This document shows positions 13,422 through 28,129 of a stretch of 64,000 nucleotides of DNA, in pieces. Under the pieces are notes generated by a model, which saw nothing but the letters and a program-made list of their open reading frames with translations, was not told where the DNA came from and ran no database searches. Every line of letters begins with the position of its first letter. Position 1 is the stretch's first letter. Source of the stretch: Octopus vulgaris (taxonomy: Eukaryota); NCBI GenBank assembly GCA_951406725.2, contig OX597830.1, positions 51,274,001 through 51,338,000 on the forward strand, in the 5' to 3' direction. The position numbers were made by a program, and so were the translations under genes.

Positions 13422-13797
13422 AATTGCGATGACAAAGACAATAATATATCCACCCGGCTGATAAATACTTACATCCACCCGAACTAACTTAACATACAAT
13501 TTCAGATTTTATGCAACGGGTCAGTGTTTATAGTAAGGAAAGGCAGTAGTCACATAAAGTACACACACACACACACACACACAGTACAACCACATACACA
13601 CACAGAGAAACGTTCACCCCTAACTCGGAAGGGCTTGTTCAGTTCTGTAACTTGTTTTAGTCATCTCTCGCAAAGGCCATACTGGAGCACTGTCTTATAA
13701 TATTAACGAATGAAAAATTACAGCAACATAGGACAAACAACGAACAAATAAAAAGAACAAACTACAAACTGGAAGTATTACCATCACAGTATAGCTC

Positions 13798-13850
13798 ATT
13801 ATTATTACTATTATCATTATTAGTATTATTATTAGTATTATTATTATTAC

Positions 13851-13925
<75 letters not shown>
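13798..13925. repeat. (TTA)n microsatellite
   Basis: Trinucleotide run. Confidence 0.95.
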
Positions 13926-14587
13926 CCATCGTTTGAGAATATACACCAATACATTCCATCTTTCGAAAAAAAAAGAAAAAAAAAATACCTGCAGATATTT
14001 TTGCATTTGTTGTTTGTCCTCGTTCGTAAAATATGACCTGAACAAGAATAAGAACAAGAATAAGAAAAGACAGCCGGAAACTCTACATTAATTAATATTT
14101 GTGTGTGATCACCAGTATATATACATATATATATTTCTATATATATAAATATATATATACCTGTTTGGATGTATTTCAGTTTACCTTCAATTTATGATAT
14201 TTTCTCCAACAAAGGTAGGTACCGAATTTATATAATTAAAAACAAAAAAAGTCACGTAAGATATCTTTCATACATTTCTTTTCAGTTTTGCTCAGTAAAC
14301 AATGTATATCTATATACAGCGTGTGTATGTGTATGTATGTATGTATGTATGTATACTTTGAGGTTTGAAAGTGTAGCAATACGGTTGTCTACATTCTTGA
14401 ATGTGTTTTGTTTGTTTGTTTTTGTTCTTGTTTTTATTCCTTTGGCGAATTTGACTTTAGGGGTGGTACTCTGTCAATAATTTCAATCAACTGAGTTATG
14501 TCTGGTCCCGTCGGTACATTTGAACATCTGTCAGATATACACACTAACATAAGTATATATTTATATATGTATATATACATATATATT

Positions 14588-14708
<121 letters not shown>

Positions 14709-14806
14709 GCAGCACGGATTTTTTTCAGTGAACAGGTCGCGGTCTTATAGCGACGAAAATATTTTGACAAATTAAACTTAAATGTTGAAGTGAATCGACC
14801 GGCTTT

Positions 14807-14915
14807 TGTGTGTTTCTTAAATGGCTTACAAACACCTTCCACGCTGCAATTGTTTTCGTTTCAGCACACAATCTCAGATCAAATCACTTGCTATGCAAGT
14901 ACATCTCCCTATATA

Positions 14916-14988
<73 letters not shown>

Positions 14989-15938
14989 TAGTTTTATTTT
15001 TATTTTTATAGCGTGCTTTCACTTCACTACCGAGCGCAGCTCTGTGTGCCTTGGGTATGTGCTGTGATTTGTTGTGATGCTCTGATGGTTATTGTATGGA
15101 AAGTGTTCTGCGTAGGATGTGGGCAGTGCCTAGTAGTGCAATTTTCTGTATGTTATATGTGTTTGTAAGTCCTGGTGTTTTTGTTATGTATTTGTCTGAA
15201 TATTTTTTTATCATGCCTAATGCACCTACTATGATAGGAATTGTTTCTGTTTTCAGATTCCACATTCTAGTTACCTCTATTTCCAGGTCTTTGTATTTTG
15301 AGAGTTTCTCCATTTCTTTTAGAGACACGTTGTCATCTGCCGGTATTGATACATCAATTAAAAAGCATTTTTTTCTTCATGATCTCTGACAACTATATCT
15401 GGTCTGTTGGCCTTAATTTCTCTATCTGTGTGTATCGGCATATCCCAGAGTATGGTTGCTTTCTCGTTTTCTGTGACCTTTTCTGGTGTGTGCCTATACC
15501 ATCTTTTTTCTGTTGTTATTCCATAATGTTGGCATAGCTTCCAATGTATGTAGGTTCCAACTCTGTCATGTCTGTGAATATATTCCTTCTTAGCCAGGAC
15601 TGGGCAGCTAGAGATAATATGATTTATTGTTTCTTGTCCATCTCCACATATTCTGCAGTTACTTGTAATATTTCTTTTCATTACATGTTTTTGGTAATTT
15701 CTGGTGGGGAGGCTTTGGTCTTGTGCTGCAATTAAAAATCCCTCTGTTTCTGCTTTGAGTCCTGAGCTTCTCAACCATTGCTGGGATTTTTCTTTGTCTA
15801 TTTCTTTTGCGTTTAGTTTAGTGCAGTATTTACCATGAAGGGGCTTTTCTTGCCATCGTTTTATCATGGTTCGTTGCTGTTCTGTTTTTAGTATTATTAT
15901 TATTATTATTATTATCATTATTATTATTATTATTATTA

Positions 15939-15991
<53 letters not shown>

Positions 15992-16038
15992 ATTATTATT
16001 ATTATTTCTAAGTCTCTCTAAAGGATTGGCGATAACAG

Positions 16039-16112
<74 letters not shown>

Positions 16113-16229
16113 TATTTATATATATATAATATATATATATATGTGTGTATGTATATAATATATATATATATACATAAATATATACATACATATATATACA
16201 TATATATACATATATATATCTATATAATA

Positions 16230-16302
<73 letters not shown>

Positions 16303-16553
16303 CAAATACAAGGTAAAATTGCAAATCTTATTTTCCTTTCAGTTTCTAGTTCACTTTGTACCTTTTCTCGTAGTTCCGGCTCATTAAACAACTACTTTCT
16401 TTAAATGGGGCTTCTCTTATTTATTTTCTCTGTCTGAAGAACTTCTAACTTGGAGATGTACTTGCATAGCAAGTGATTTGATCTGAGATCGTGTGCTGAA
16501 ACGAAAACAATTGCAGCGTGGAAAGTGTTTGTTAGCCATTTAAGAAACACACA
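14807..16553. repeat. 102-bp inverted repeat pair (14807-14908 / 16452-16553)
   Basis: tgtgtgtttcttaaatggc...gcaagtacatctcc and its reverse complement, with few mismatches. Confidence 0.85.
14986..15891 (-). mobile_element. 5'-truncated Dong/R4-clade non-LTR retrotransposon (CCHC plus restriction-like endonuclease) in (TAA)n
   Basis: AAQDQSL, CRICG..ETINHIISSC, RHDRV, ILWD, NRPDIV..IDV, EKLSKYKDL, PIIVGALG. One frameshift; TAA arrays on both sides. Confidence 0.9.
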
Positions 16554-16677
16554 ATATTTGACTCGTTTTCTAGTAAATGTTACTCTTGTTTGCAAATTTT
16601 GTAACGCCTGTTAGCAAATGAGACACGTGCAATAGTGAATATATAATGCCAAAATATTTTCCATTCTGTCCTTTTGA

Positions 16678-16755
<78 letters not shown>

Positions 16756-16777
16756 CGTGTGCGTGTGTACTCTTACA

Positions 16778-17185
16778 CTTTACTCTTTTACTTGTTTCAG
16801 TTATTTGACTGCGGGCATGCCGGAGCATCGCCTTTAGTCGAGGAAATTGACCCCAAGACTTATGCTTTGTAAGCCTAGTACTTGTTCTATCGGTGTCTTT
16901 TGCCGAACCGCTAAGTTACGGGGACGCAAACACACCATCATCGGTTATGAAGCGATGTTGGGGGTACAAAATTAGACACACAAACACACACACACATATA
17001 AATATGTATATATATATATATATACGACGGGTTTCTTTCAGTTTCCGTCTACTAAATCCACTTGCAAGGCTTTGGTAGGCCCGAAGCTATGGTAGAAGAC
17101 ACTTGCCCAAGGTGTCACGCAATGGGACTGAACCCGGAAATATGTGGTTGGTAAGCAAGCTACTTACCACACAGCCACTCCGCCT
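16778..17185 (-). mobile_element. SINE family A
   Basis: Reverse complement of the 2492-2910 family. Confidence 0.9.
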
Positions 17186-17829
17186 CTGTGTGTGTGTGTG
17201 TGCATAACATATAATTGTTTCTAAAAAATATAGTAGAAGCTGAAATTATTATTACATGATGGAGGTTGCGAAACGGTCTTAAACCTAAGGGTGAGAAATA
17301 AATATAGTCACCTCTTATACCTCCTAACTTTTTAAGGATTATACATTCCTTATGAAATAATCTCATCTCCTGGATCTTCTGGATTCCAGCCGCATTATAC
17401 TCGTCTATTGGATTAGTATGTGATCTGTTAGCCGAGTCCACATCTGCGACAGCAACACAATTCAATGAGTCCATAGTCCGTATATTACACTACAAATATA
17501 CATGTATATATGTATGTATGTATATACACACACATATATATATACATACAAACATACACATACACACGGGACCTTGAAGACTGCTATAATGCAAGAAAGT
17601 ATACTAGTCCCTTAATATTTCATATTCAATATTTCATCTATTCAATAAGACAATCAATACTTCATTTCATTTTACTATATATATATTATTTATACTATAT
17701 ATGCTATATTCTACATTAATATTATAAAGGATATAAATAAAACATAAAAAACAGAGTTGGAATTTCTTTGAATAATATATATCCCTCTATACACAGTCAT
17801 ACAAACCCCTTTTTATTTATATATATATA

Positions 17830-18195
17830 CTAGCAGTATCGCCCGGCGTTGCTCGGGTTTGTTTCGAGCCTTTAGAATTGGAATTTTTGAAAAGTAAAAA
17901 TGTTGCATTATGTAGCTTGTTATTCTCTTTAAGTGAACATTTTTCTGGTTGAAATACATCGACAAATGGCGACACAGCAGTCAAAAAATCGTAAAAAATA
18001 GGGATTTTCATAGAAACAATTTTTGGTATTAACATGGTACGATTTGATTTTTTTCTTCTACGGAAGGAAGAGCAAGCCTTCTTCTATCATACTCTCAATT
18101 TTGGTCAACATGCGCTGCAGGGTCTCGGAGGTGATAGTGTTAGTTGAAGGCTACCAAACCTGCCATACACAGACAACTTCAGCTTTATATATTTA
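17830..18195 (-). mobile_element. Non-autonomous Helitron
   Basis: Minus-strand 3' end cccgagcaacgccggg hairpin followed by gatactgCTAG|T, shared with 20835-21230. The 5' TC is degraded. Confidence 0.75.
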
Positions 18196-18491
18196 TATAT
18201 ATGTTATGTATGTATGTATGTATGTATGTATGTATGTATGTATGTATGTATGTATCTATGCATGCATGCATGTATGTATGTATGTATGTATGTATAAACA
18301 TAGGGAGAAAAGAACCATGCTATGAAGCGAATTACTTTAATAGTTATGTAGGTTTTTCACTCCTCAACACGACCAGTCTTGTCGGAGTTATGAGAGGTGA
18401 ATATAACCACTTGTCACGCTTAGTCTTCTAGCCATTTCGCAGCCTTCATCACATATTAGTGATTTCGGAGTATTCTTTCTCCTTTTTTTTT

Positions 18492-18699
18492 CCTCTTTTA
18501 CTTGTTGCAGTCATTTGACTGCGGTCATGCTGGAGCCCCGCCTTTAGTCGAGCAAATCGACCCCATGACTTATTCTTTGTAAGCCTAGTACTTATTCTAT
18601 CGGTCTCGTATGCCGAACCGCTAAGTCACGGGGACGTAAACACATCAGCATCGGTTGTCAAGCGATGTTGTGGGGGCAAACACAGACACACAAACATAT

Positions 18700-18766
<67 letters not shown>

Positions 18767-18933
18767 TACGACGGGCTTCTTTCAGTTTCCGTCTACCAAA
18801 TCCACCCACAAGACTTTGGTCGGCCTGAGGCTATAGTAGAAGACACTTGCCCAAGGTGCCATGTAGTGGGAATGAACCCGGAACCATGTGGTTGGTAAGC
18901 AAACTACTTTACCACACAGCAACTCCTGCGCCT
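18492..18933 (-). mobile_element. SINE family A
   Basis: Full-length match. Confidence 0.9.
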
Positions 18934-19383
18934 ATTATAACAAATTATGTTTATATGTCCGCACTAATATGCACGGTATGCATTATAAAATAAAACTGTG
19001 TTTTTCCAAATCAGTAAACATGTAAATATACAGTTGCACTGTATAATGCGTAGTACCCATATTAGTGTCAACACACAAACGTAATTTATTTTACACTGAA
19101 ATTATTATGACATGAGGAAAAACTTGCTAAACGGCCGTAATTCCAAGGTTGAGAAGTGGTTAAAAAAGTATATTCACTTCGTATAACACGTGACATGTTA
19201 CGGTACTCTTCAGGATCTCCTGGATTTCAGCTCCGAGGAATTCTGGATATATGAGACCGGTTACTGAAAACTCGGAGGGTCATTCTGCGTATAAGTATAC
19301 CTGAAGGAATTACAGTCCAAAACTTTTTGTTGTTGATTTAGAAGAAATACAAAAGTCAAACTTCCACTACTCTGGAAGCGATA

Positions 19384-19474
<91 letters not shown>

Positions 19475-19500
19475 TACGTGTGTGTAAGTGTGTGTATGTA

Positions 19501-19539
<39 letters not shown>

Positions 19540-19554
19540 GCATATATATGTATG

Positions 19555-19624
<70 letters not shown>

Positions 19625-20054
19625 CATACATACCTACATACATACATATATACATACATACACACACACACACCCGCTATCTTTCTCCCCATCTCTTTCC
19701 TTCAAAGTTTGATAGTTGTAGCTTCGAGATTCACTGATCCAAAACGAATTATTTCACATACATCTCGTATGTCCTAAGATGCAACATCATACATTTATAC
19801 AATTCTCGCTCGTAAAACTAAAAATCCTAAAATGGACGGCGAGTGACCGCTTTGGTACAATAGCAGAACATCTGTAACGCTTGTGGATGATACCGGTTCG
19901 TGTCACGCAGGAAAACTTCATCGCTTTTCATATCTAAAGGGATTATTTTGTCTCTGTTTATATGCATATTTATATGAGCAGTATGAGAAATTTACATATG
20001 AATAACGGAGGTATATATGAATTCAAATATGTATGTATATAACCATGCGTGTCT

Positions 20055-20161
<107 letters not shown>

Positions 20162-20173
20162 ATACATATATAT

Positions 20174-20206
<33 letters not shown>

Positions 20207-20246
20207 GTATCTATGTGTATATATATACTATATACATATAAATATA

Positions 20247-20300
<54 letters not shown>

Positions 20301-20365
20301 AGAGAGGGAGAGAGGAAGATAGATAGATAAATAGACAGATAGACAGACAGACAAGATATACATAC

Positions 20366-20449
<84 letters not shown>

Positions 20450-20834
20450 TGACAGACAGACATGAATGTTTTATGCAAGTGTAAATCTTTTATTATTCGA
20501 TTCTCTGAAGATCTTCTTATAGGAAATCACATACATGTTTATCTAACATGTAAAACTTCGTAATTCCCATAAGCAAATGCAACTTATGTAACAGTGAATA
20601 AATGATACCAATAATTTTCCAACCTCCTGTTTTCTTATAGAATAACTTTGCAAACAATATCTCCAGAGTTTTCAATTCTAGTATGCACTTGTGATATCCA
20701 TATCAAAACTATACGAAGCAACTAATATTGGACTGAAAGAATGGAATGAGCAGATATACTTCAAGAGGGAACAGCTAGGATTTTACCCCCACCCCGTTAT
20801 TTATTATACAACAGACACACACTTTGCATACACA

Positions 20835-21230
20835 TCTTTATATATAAAAATGAGGTTGTGTGCTGTCTGTCTCCTACGATTTAGATTCCTAACTACTCCC
20901 ACCTTTTGCGGTGTAGTTTAACCAAAACCGGGTATCTTATAGTCGTGATTCATATCGAGCCCTTCTGGGTATTAGCGCGCGTCTACGATGAGTCTACGAT
21001 TTAAAAAATAATTTACCATCAATTTTTCCCATTTTTAATGCATTTTTGGCATATATTAGGGAAGTAACTCTCTAAAAATTTATTATTAAATCTCAGAATG
21101 TAAAAAGCTACAGTAACACCCCACCTTTGTGGTTAGCCATATTGAGATGGCTATTATACTTTGCATCTCTAAAAATGCTTATATAGTTATTTCCCTTACA
21201 AACCCGAGCAACGGCGGGCGATACTGCTAG
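20835..21230 (+). mobile_element. Non-autonomous Helitron
   Basis: A|TC start, subterminal hairpin cccgagcaacggcggg, CTAG|T end, no TSD. Confidence 0.85.
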
Positions 21231-21348
21231 TAAATGTATAAAAAATTATATCAAAGCTATGTAAAGTGTGTGTATTTTCCTTATTTTTAATTTCTTATGT
21301 GTGTATACATATAAATCATGATGAAAGATTTGAGGAAAGACTCAGTGC

Positions 21349-22503
21349 GACAAAGTTGATGATGGCATGATATGTCTCAAGCTGCGAAACTTTGGTATTA
21401 CCGGGAAACTGAAAGAGTGGCTACATGATTTTCTGAAGGGCAGGAATAAGACATTGTAGCCAATGGTGCTCACTCTTAAGAGGGCCCAATTCTCAGCGGA
21501 ATCCCATAGGAAACTGTACTGGGGCCACTACAATTTGTGGTGACCCTCTCAGACTTGCCCTCCACGTTACGGTCAGTCAATCTGACTATTTACACTGACG
21601 ACACAAAAGTATCGCAGATAGTTAGAAACCCAGAGGGCATCATAAAACTGCGGAAAGACTTGAATAAAATCTACAAATGGGCTAACAAAAATAACATGCA
21701 GTTTAATGCTATGAAATTTCAGGTATTCCACTAGCGGTCCAACACCAGGCTAAAATCGGAATACACTGGACCAGAAGATAATATGATCCCAGAGTCAGAG
21801 TCGGTGCGTGACCATGGGGTTCCATGTGCATATCACCAAGATGGCAACACTGAGCAAGCGAGCGGCTGAGTACATTCAGAACCAGGAATAGGGAAGCCCT
21901 GCTACCCGTATGGTAGACTTTCGTTTTCAGACGCTTGGATCGTTGCTCTCAACTATGGTGCCCAGAGAGTGTGAAACAAACTGTGGAACTCTAAGCCGTC
22001 CAGCGCCAATACACAAAGAAGATTGACTCGATGCAGAAGATGGGCGCTACTGGGAGAGGCTAAAGGAGGTGAGTATCCATTCCCTGAAGAGAAAACGAGA
22101 GAGATAAGCTGTGATATATTTTGGAAGATCCTAGAGGGTTTAGCTCCCAATTTTGGAATTGACAGCTAAACCAATCCTCAAACTGGAGGGCACTGCATCA
22201 TACCAAAATCCCGTCTTCCCCATCTAAAATAAGGACACAGTACTGCAATAGTTTGGGTTTCAAGGGCCCGCAGTCGTTCAACAACCTTCCAGGCAGCCTA
22301 CGAGATCAACATGGCGTTGATGTGGAAGTTTTCAAGGAATGTCTGGACAGATGAACCCACATTGATGCAGGAGGCGCAAAAAAGAGCAGCTCCATCCAAC
22401 TCGCTACTTCACCAAAAAACAATATCTGAAACAACACTGAGTGACTACAGGTGGTGCTCCATCATGACCTCAGCCCTAGATTGAAACCAGCAAAAGGTAA
22501 CAG
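21349..22503 (+). mobile_element. Decayed CR1-like LINE (RT to 3' end)
   Basis: DKVD..KLRNFGITGKLKEWLHDFL, SGIP*ETVLGPLQF, YTDDTK, DLNKIYKWA..NNMQFNAMKF. Many stops. Confidence 0.85.
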
Positions 22504-22533
22504 AAAAAAGATAATATATACATATATGTATAC

Positions 22534-22584
<51 letters not shown>

Positions 22585-22637
22585 TATATATCTATATACA
22601 TATATATATATATGTATATGTATATGTATATATATAC

Positions 22638-23007
<370 letters not shown>

Positions 23008-23027
23008 TACACACACACACATATATA

Positions 23028-23063
<36 letters not shown>

Positions 23064-23599
23064 TGTATGTATGTATGTATGTATGTATGTATGTATGTAT
23101 GTATATAATGGTTTGCCATTCACTCGTTACCAATTTGCTTTTTTGAGTATAATGTCCGGTGTTCATTGTAAGAAGGCACTTAACTACCAATATTCTTCAC
23201 TGTCGGTATGGACAATATGCATTATGATACCAACCATTCAATTATTTGCATATTTGAAACAGTTGTAAGGATTATAAAACATCTGGTAAATATGTGTAAC
23301 ATCTCATACAATTGCTTTCCTTAGCCCAATGATATTTTGTCCATCTTTCTCTTTAATATCACATGAAGGTTTGTGCATTTCTAACCAATCTAGCTACAGC
23401 CGCAGTACAGTACGCTGATTAAGAAATTCCAGATTTAGATTTGGATGTGTTTGAGCAATGACTCGCTGTCTTTCTTCTCTAATTTTGCAGTAGCATCTGC
23501 ACACCCACAGTACATACATATACATACATACATACATACATATATATATATATACATACACATACAGATGCATATATACATACATATACATATATACAT

Positions 23600-23652
<53 letters not shown>

Positions 23653-23682
23653 TATATATACATTCGTACACAAACACATACG

Positions 23683-24228
23683 CTTTGCAACGTTTGTTTT
23701 TGAAAGTAGTTTTCTGATTGCAGCCCCCTCGTGAAATCTGGCTTTGTGCAGCTCCCGGCAAAGAGTTTTTGGGGAAACTGGGTTCTCGGGGTGGTCATTA
23801 AGCTCTGCAGTACTTTTAGGAGCTGTACTCTTGTGATCCTTTCTAACAATTCGCGTCCGACGGTCCCTATCTGAAAAGTTTGGTTTTCTTCCGGAGTTTT
23901 GTTTCGACGAGGAAGTTTTTCCCTCTTTCTCAAAGGCTGTCATTACTTTCCAGGCAGTACTTCTTGATACAGCAAATATTTCGGGTGTTTTTGTTACACT
24001 AGACCCTGCTATACGAGCACCAACAATATAACCAACAATATAATCTGTCATTTTAATGAATTTTAATTACCTTTTTCTGATGATATCTGAAAAAGAAACT
24101 GTAATTTTAGCAAAACATATTAAGCAGCACTAATAATAAATCAAAAAATATAAAAATAAACAAGATTTTAACTTTCAGAATTATGATGCTATGATGCTAG
24201 GTGTTTCCATTATTTTGTTCAACCCCTG
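23683..24228 (-). mobile_element. Tc1-like transposon 5' fragment (paired-like HTH domains)
   Basis: TA|caggggttgaacaaaataatggaaacacc TIR; IVGARIAG..VSRST..NSGRKP..SDRDRR..TAELN..VSPKTLCRELHKA. Confidence 0.9.
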
Positions 24229-24235
24229 TATATTC

Positions 24236-24378
<143 letters not shown>

Positions 24379-24632
24379 CTGTTATATTCAATATATTGCA
24401 ATGAATAATACTAAGTTTGGCTTGTACAAACTGGTTAAAGAAGCTGTCACTCAAATATAATTTACTTTCATAAATGCATAGAGTTCAGCCATCAATTGAT
24501 CTATTGTTTTAAAAAATAGAAAGTGATAAATTTATACTTACATACATATATACATACATACACAGATACATACATATATACATGCACACACACACACACA
24601 CACAAGTACACAGACTTAAACACACTCATATA

Positions 24633-24846
24633 GGAAGGGGTTCTGTAAAGTACCTGGGTCTGGCCAAAAGAATACAGGAGAATAATCATTTTATTCAACA
24701 TATTTTCGTCTCAGAGTCATGCTCGTATTGTAGCGGTCCCTCAGTTTTTCCCATCCTTGTAGAAGACCTCGGAAGGTTGAGCCTCCAACAAGGCGTTTCA
24801 CGATACTTTTAAAACCAGGAACTATTCAACTTTTTGGAACTCCGCT
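24633..24846 (-). mobile_element. Mariner-derived MITE (same family as 63494-63713)
   Basis: Shares ggaggctcaacc, aaaactga.ggaccgct and aatatgttgaataaaat with the 63.5-kb copy. Confidence 0.7.
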
Positions 24847-24911
24847 GAATATATATATATTCACAAACCAAAAGGAATTGCACACAGTGTTTCTCGTTAT
24901 CTCTCTCTCTA

Positions 24912-24980
<69 letters not shown>

Positions 24981-24993
24981 CATATATATATAC

Positions 24994-25145
<152 letters not shown>

Positions 25146-25148
25146 ATG

Positions 25149-25435
25149 AAGGTGCGTGGCTTAGTGGTTAGGGGTATTCGGCTCATGATCGTAAGGCCGT
25201 GAGTTCAATTCCCGACGGCCTGTTGTGTCCTTGAGAAAGACATTTTATTTCACGTAGCTCCAAAAATTTGTAGTACCAGTATTTCAAAAGGCCAGCCTTG
25301 TCACACTCTGTGTCACGCTGAATCTCCCCGAGAACTACGTTAAGGGTACACGTCTTTGTGGAGTGCTCAGCCACTTACACGTTCCGTTGATCGTTTCAGC
25401 TGGGACCCTCGTCGTCGCAACCGACGGAGTGCTCT
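25149..25435 (+). mobile_element. tRNA-derived SINE (family C-related body)
   Basis: gcgtggcttagtggttaggg...gagttcaattcccg head; gtgtccttgag; tail cgtcgcaaccgacggagtgc. Confidence 0.8.
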
Positions 25436-25439
25436 TTCC

Positions 25440-25486
<47 letters not shown>

Positions 25487-25654
25487 GTAATGGTGGGATT
25501 ACCAGTGTGTACGACATTCTGTTTGAGATAGATATAATTTCATATACACATTTAAATTCAAGCTACTATTATTTCATGTTTAAAACTCGATTGCCGGACA
25601 ATGTTGCACGTTCAGATATACAATACGGTTGGTCCTTTTGTATATCAATTCCAC

Positions 25655-25742
25655 ACACAAGGCTCTGGTCGGCTCGAGGCTATAGTAGAAGGCACTGTGG
25701 TTGGTAAGCAAGCTACTTACCACACAGCCACTCCTGCGCCTA
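25655..25742 (-). mobile_element. SINE family A fragment
   Basis: Head with an internal deletion. Confidence 0.75.
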
Positions 25743-26160
25743 TCTAAATCAATCTATTTACTTCTTAACCCTTTTGTTATCATACTTCTGTTGAAACACA
25801 TTAACTTTTTTTCAATTCATATCGAAAATAATGAAGAATTTACCGAAATAATATTTTTATTCATGTGAAATTCTCGTTCGACTGCCAAGTGAGCGTGACA
25901 CATGAACATTGACCAATTAACTCGTGTGGTGAAAGACAGCGTTCGGAACCACATTCCTACTTGCAAAGCAAACCGTCAGTCAGACTAGACATAATTCGTG
26001 AGACAACTCTTAACACTGTTCACTTTTGAAAATATATTCTGAAAACGATCAAGTGTATTTCTATATTTAGAAATATAATTAAATTCTAATTTATCCTGTG
26101 AGCATTTACTACTTCATTTTTTTCTTCTATTCCTTCACATTTTTTTATTATATATATATA

Positions 26161-26337
26161 TCACCGTGATCACTGGGATCGACCAGGCTATCAGATGTTG
26201 CTACACATCGTGGGGCCTCGTGGAGCTTTAGCTGTTTTTCGCTCCAAAAACACTCACAACGTCCAGTCTGGGAATCGAAACCGCGATCCTACAACCGCGA
26301 GTCCGCTACCCTAACCACTGGGTTATTGCGCCTCCAC
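26161..26337 (-). mobile_element. SINE family C, short variant
   Basis: tRNA-like head plus tail gcaacatctgatagcctggtcg shared with 29665-29960. Confidence 0.8.
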
Positions 26338-26799
26338 ACACATACACACACACACACACACACACTCATATATATATATATATACTGATGTGCCGTAAAA
26401 ATTCGGAGGACATGATAAATTAACTTTATTAGCTAATCACTTGACATTGTTGGACTAACGCCCGTTTCGCCCCTTTCTACCTGCAATAATAATTTCAATC
26501 CCGAAGAAATTACATTCACATATTTTCATTATTATGCATGCTACGCAATGTGCAATGCAATTGCAAATTTCACAAATCAATGCAAAACAAAGAACGCTAG
26601 CTCATCGGATTACATGAACATAACGGTTACAACAGCAATTCAAATCTTTGTATGCATATTTGGAGTTGAATTGTTGCTGTACGCATGATATTTGGTTACC
26701 CCGAGGTTTTAGCAGAAGGCATTTTCCCAAGGTGAAGTGCTGTGGGACTAAACTTGGCTGAGAAGGTAATTTCTCACCACGCACACACACCTGCGCCTA

Positions 26800-26831
<32 letters not shown>

Positions 26832-26833
<2 letters not shown>

Positions 26834-27045
26834 CGAGCTGGCAGAGTCGTTAGCACGCCGGGCGAAATGCTTACCGGTATTTCGTCTATCGTTACGTTCT
26901 GAGTTCAAATTCCGCCGAGGTCGACTTTGCCTTTCATCCTTTCGGGGTCGATAAATTAAGTACCAGTTACGCACTGGGGTCGATGTAATCGACTTTATCC
27001 CTTTGTCTGTCCTTGTTTGGCCCCTTGTGGGTAGTAAAGAAATAT
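26832..27045 (+). mobile_element. SINE family B
   Basis: ggcgagctggcagagtcgttagc...gagttcaaattccgcc...; flanked by (TA)n. Confidence 0.9.
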
Positions 27046-27060
27046 ATATATATATATATA

Positions 27061-27258
27061 TGTCAGTCGCCATGATAGATCGTTAGCCACTACACACATT
27101 TTTTTTCTCTCCTTGTTTTTTCTGTGTCCCTTTCTGTAGAAGAGCGTAGGCTCGAAACGTAAAAGTCTTTTTCTATACCTGAGCGTTATTCTAATACATT
27201 GTTTTGTTTTGTACACCAACTGTCTTCGTCTTTTGTCTTTTTTTTCTTAAACTCTCCC
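27061..27258 (+). mobile_element. Solo 3' tail of the 38.2-kb PLE family, between (TA)n tracts
   Basis: Aligns to 40380-40589 (cgccatg..tcgttagc.act..gaagagcgtaggctcgaaacgt..cctgagcg..cttcgtcttttg). Confidence 0.8.
27130..27165 (+). ncRNA. Minimal hammerhead motif, A6U variant
   Basis: CTTT-CTGTAGA-A-GAGC-GTAG-GCTC-GAAA-CG-TA-AAAG. Confidence 0.6.
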
Positions 27259-27269
27259 TATATATATGC

Positions 27270-27421
27270 ATATATATACGTTTTGTTTATTATTTGGCAC
27301 ATTACTTAATTATCGTTATATGTATTGTCTTTTATTTAATCTTTCTATAATATGTAATTCTTCTAAATGGTATAATTTAATTTTTCATTATTGAATTGAT
27401 AAAAGGTGATTTTTTCTAATT

Positions 27422-27519
<98 letters not shown>

Positions 27520-27594
27520 TTTGTGAAATTTGATTTAGTATTTCTAAATTGAATTTTTCCCTGTAAGTTTGGAATAATATTCCCTCATATTATA

Positions 27595-27595
<1 letters not shown>
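27270..27595 (+). repeat. AT-rich dispersed repeat with internal (TA)n; inverted copy at 61802-62105
   Basis: gtgaaatttgattta.tatttctaaattgaatttttccctgtaagtt..aatattccctca matches the reverse complement at 61.8 kb. Confidence 0.75.
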
Positions 27596-27647
<52 letters not shown>

Positions 27648-28129
27648 AAACAAGTCAAGATAGAAAATGCTAAAATAAGTTTATAAAGAATATTTCAGTA
27701 CCGGTTTCAGTCATTGAGACCTTTTGAATTTTAACAATTAAATAATTTAAATTTAGAAAAATTAAAAGAAAAGTTTTTTTTAAAAGAATATTTGTATAGT
27801 GTTCAAATACAAGTGGCATTTTCCTTGTTTCTGCCTTTCTCTGTCTCTCTTGTTTACTCTTGTGGGTTCGAGGACGTTGTGAATTCTTAGTAGGAAAGAA
27901 GGAGGAGGAGGGGGAAGCGAAAGTGTGAGTGTGGGGGAAGAGAATGAGCTTGACTGGAACATCGAGTTTTGTCTTTTGTAGTTTATTCAACCAGCTACAT
28001 GGAATTTCGCCACAGATGGCGAAACATGTATTAAAGTCCAACACTGTATGTCGAATTTAAAACTACGAAGATTATGGCTTCTGTGTTTCTTCGCTTGAAT
28101 TTCTTTCTTTATTTTTTTCTTATCTATAA

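Noticed and set aside
24077-24100. CTGATGA...GAAA within the Tc1 fragment
   Set aside because: No helices; a chance match.
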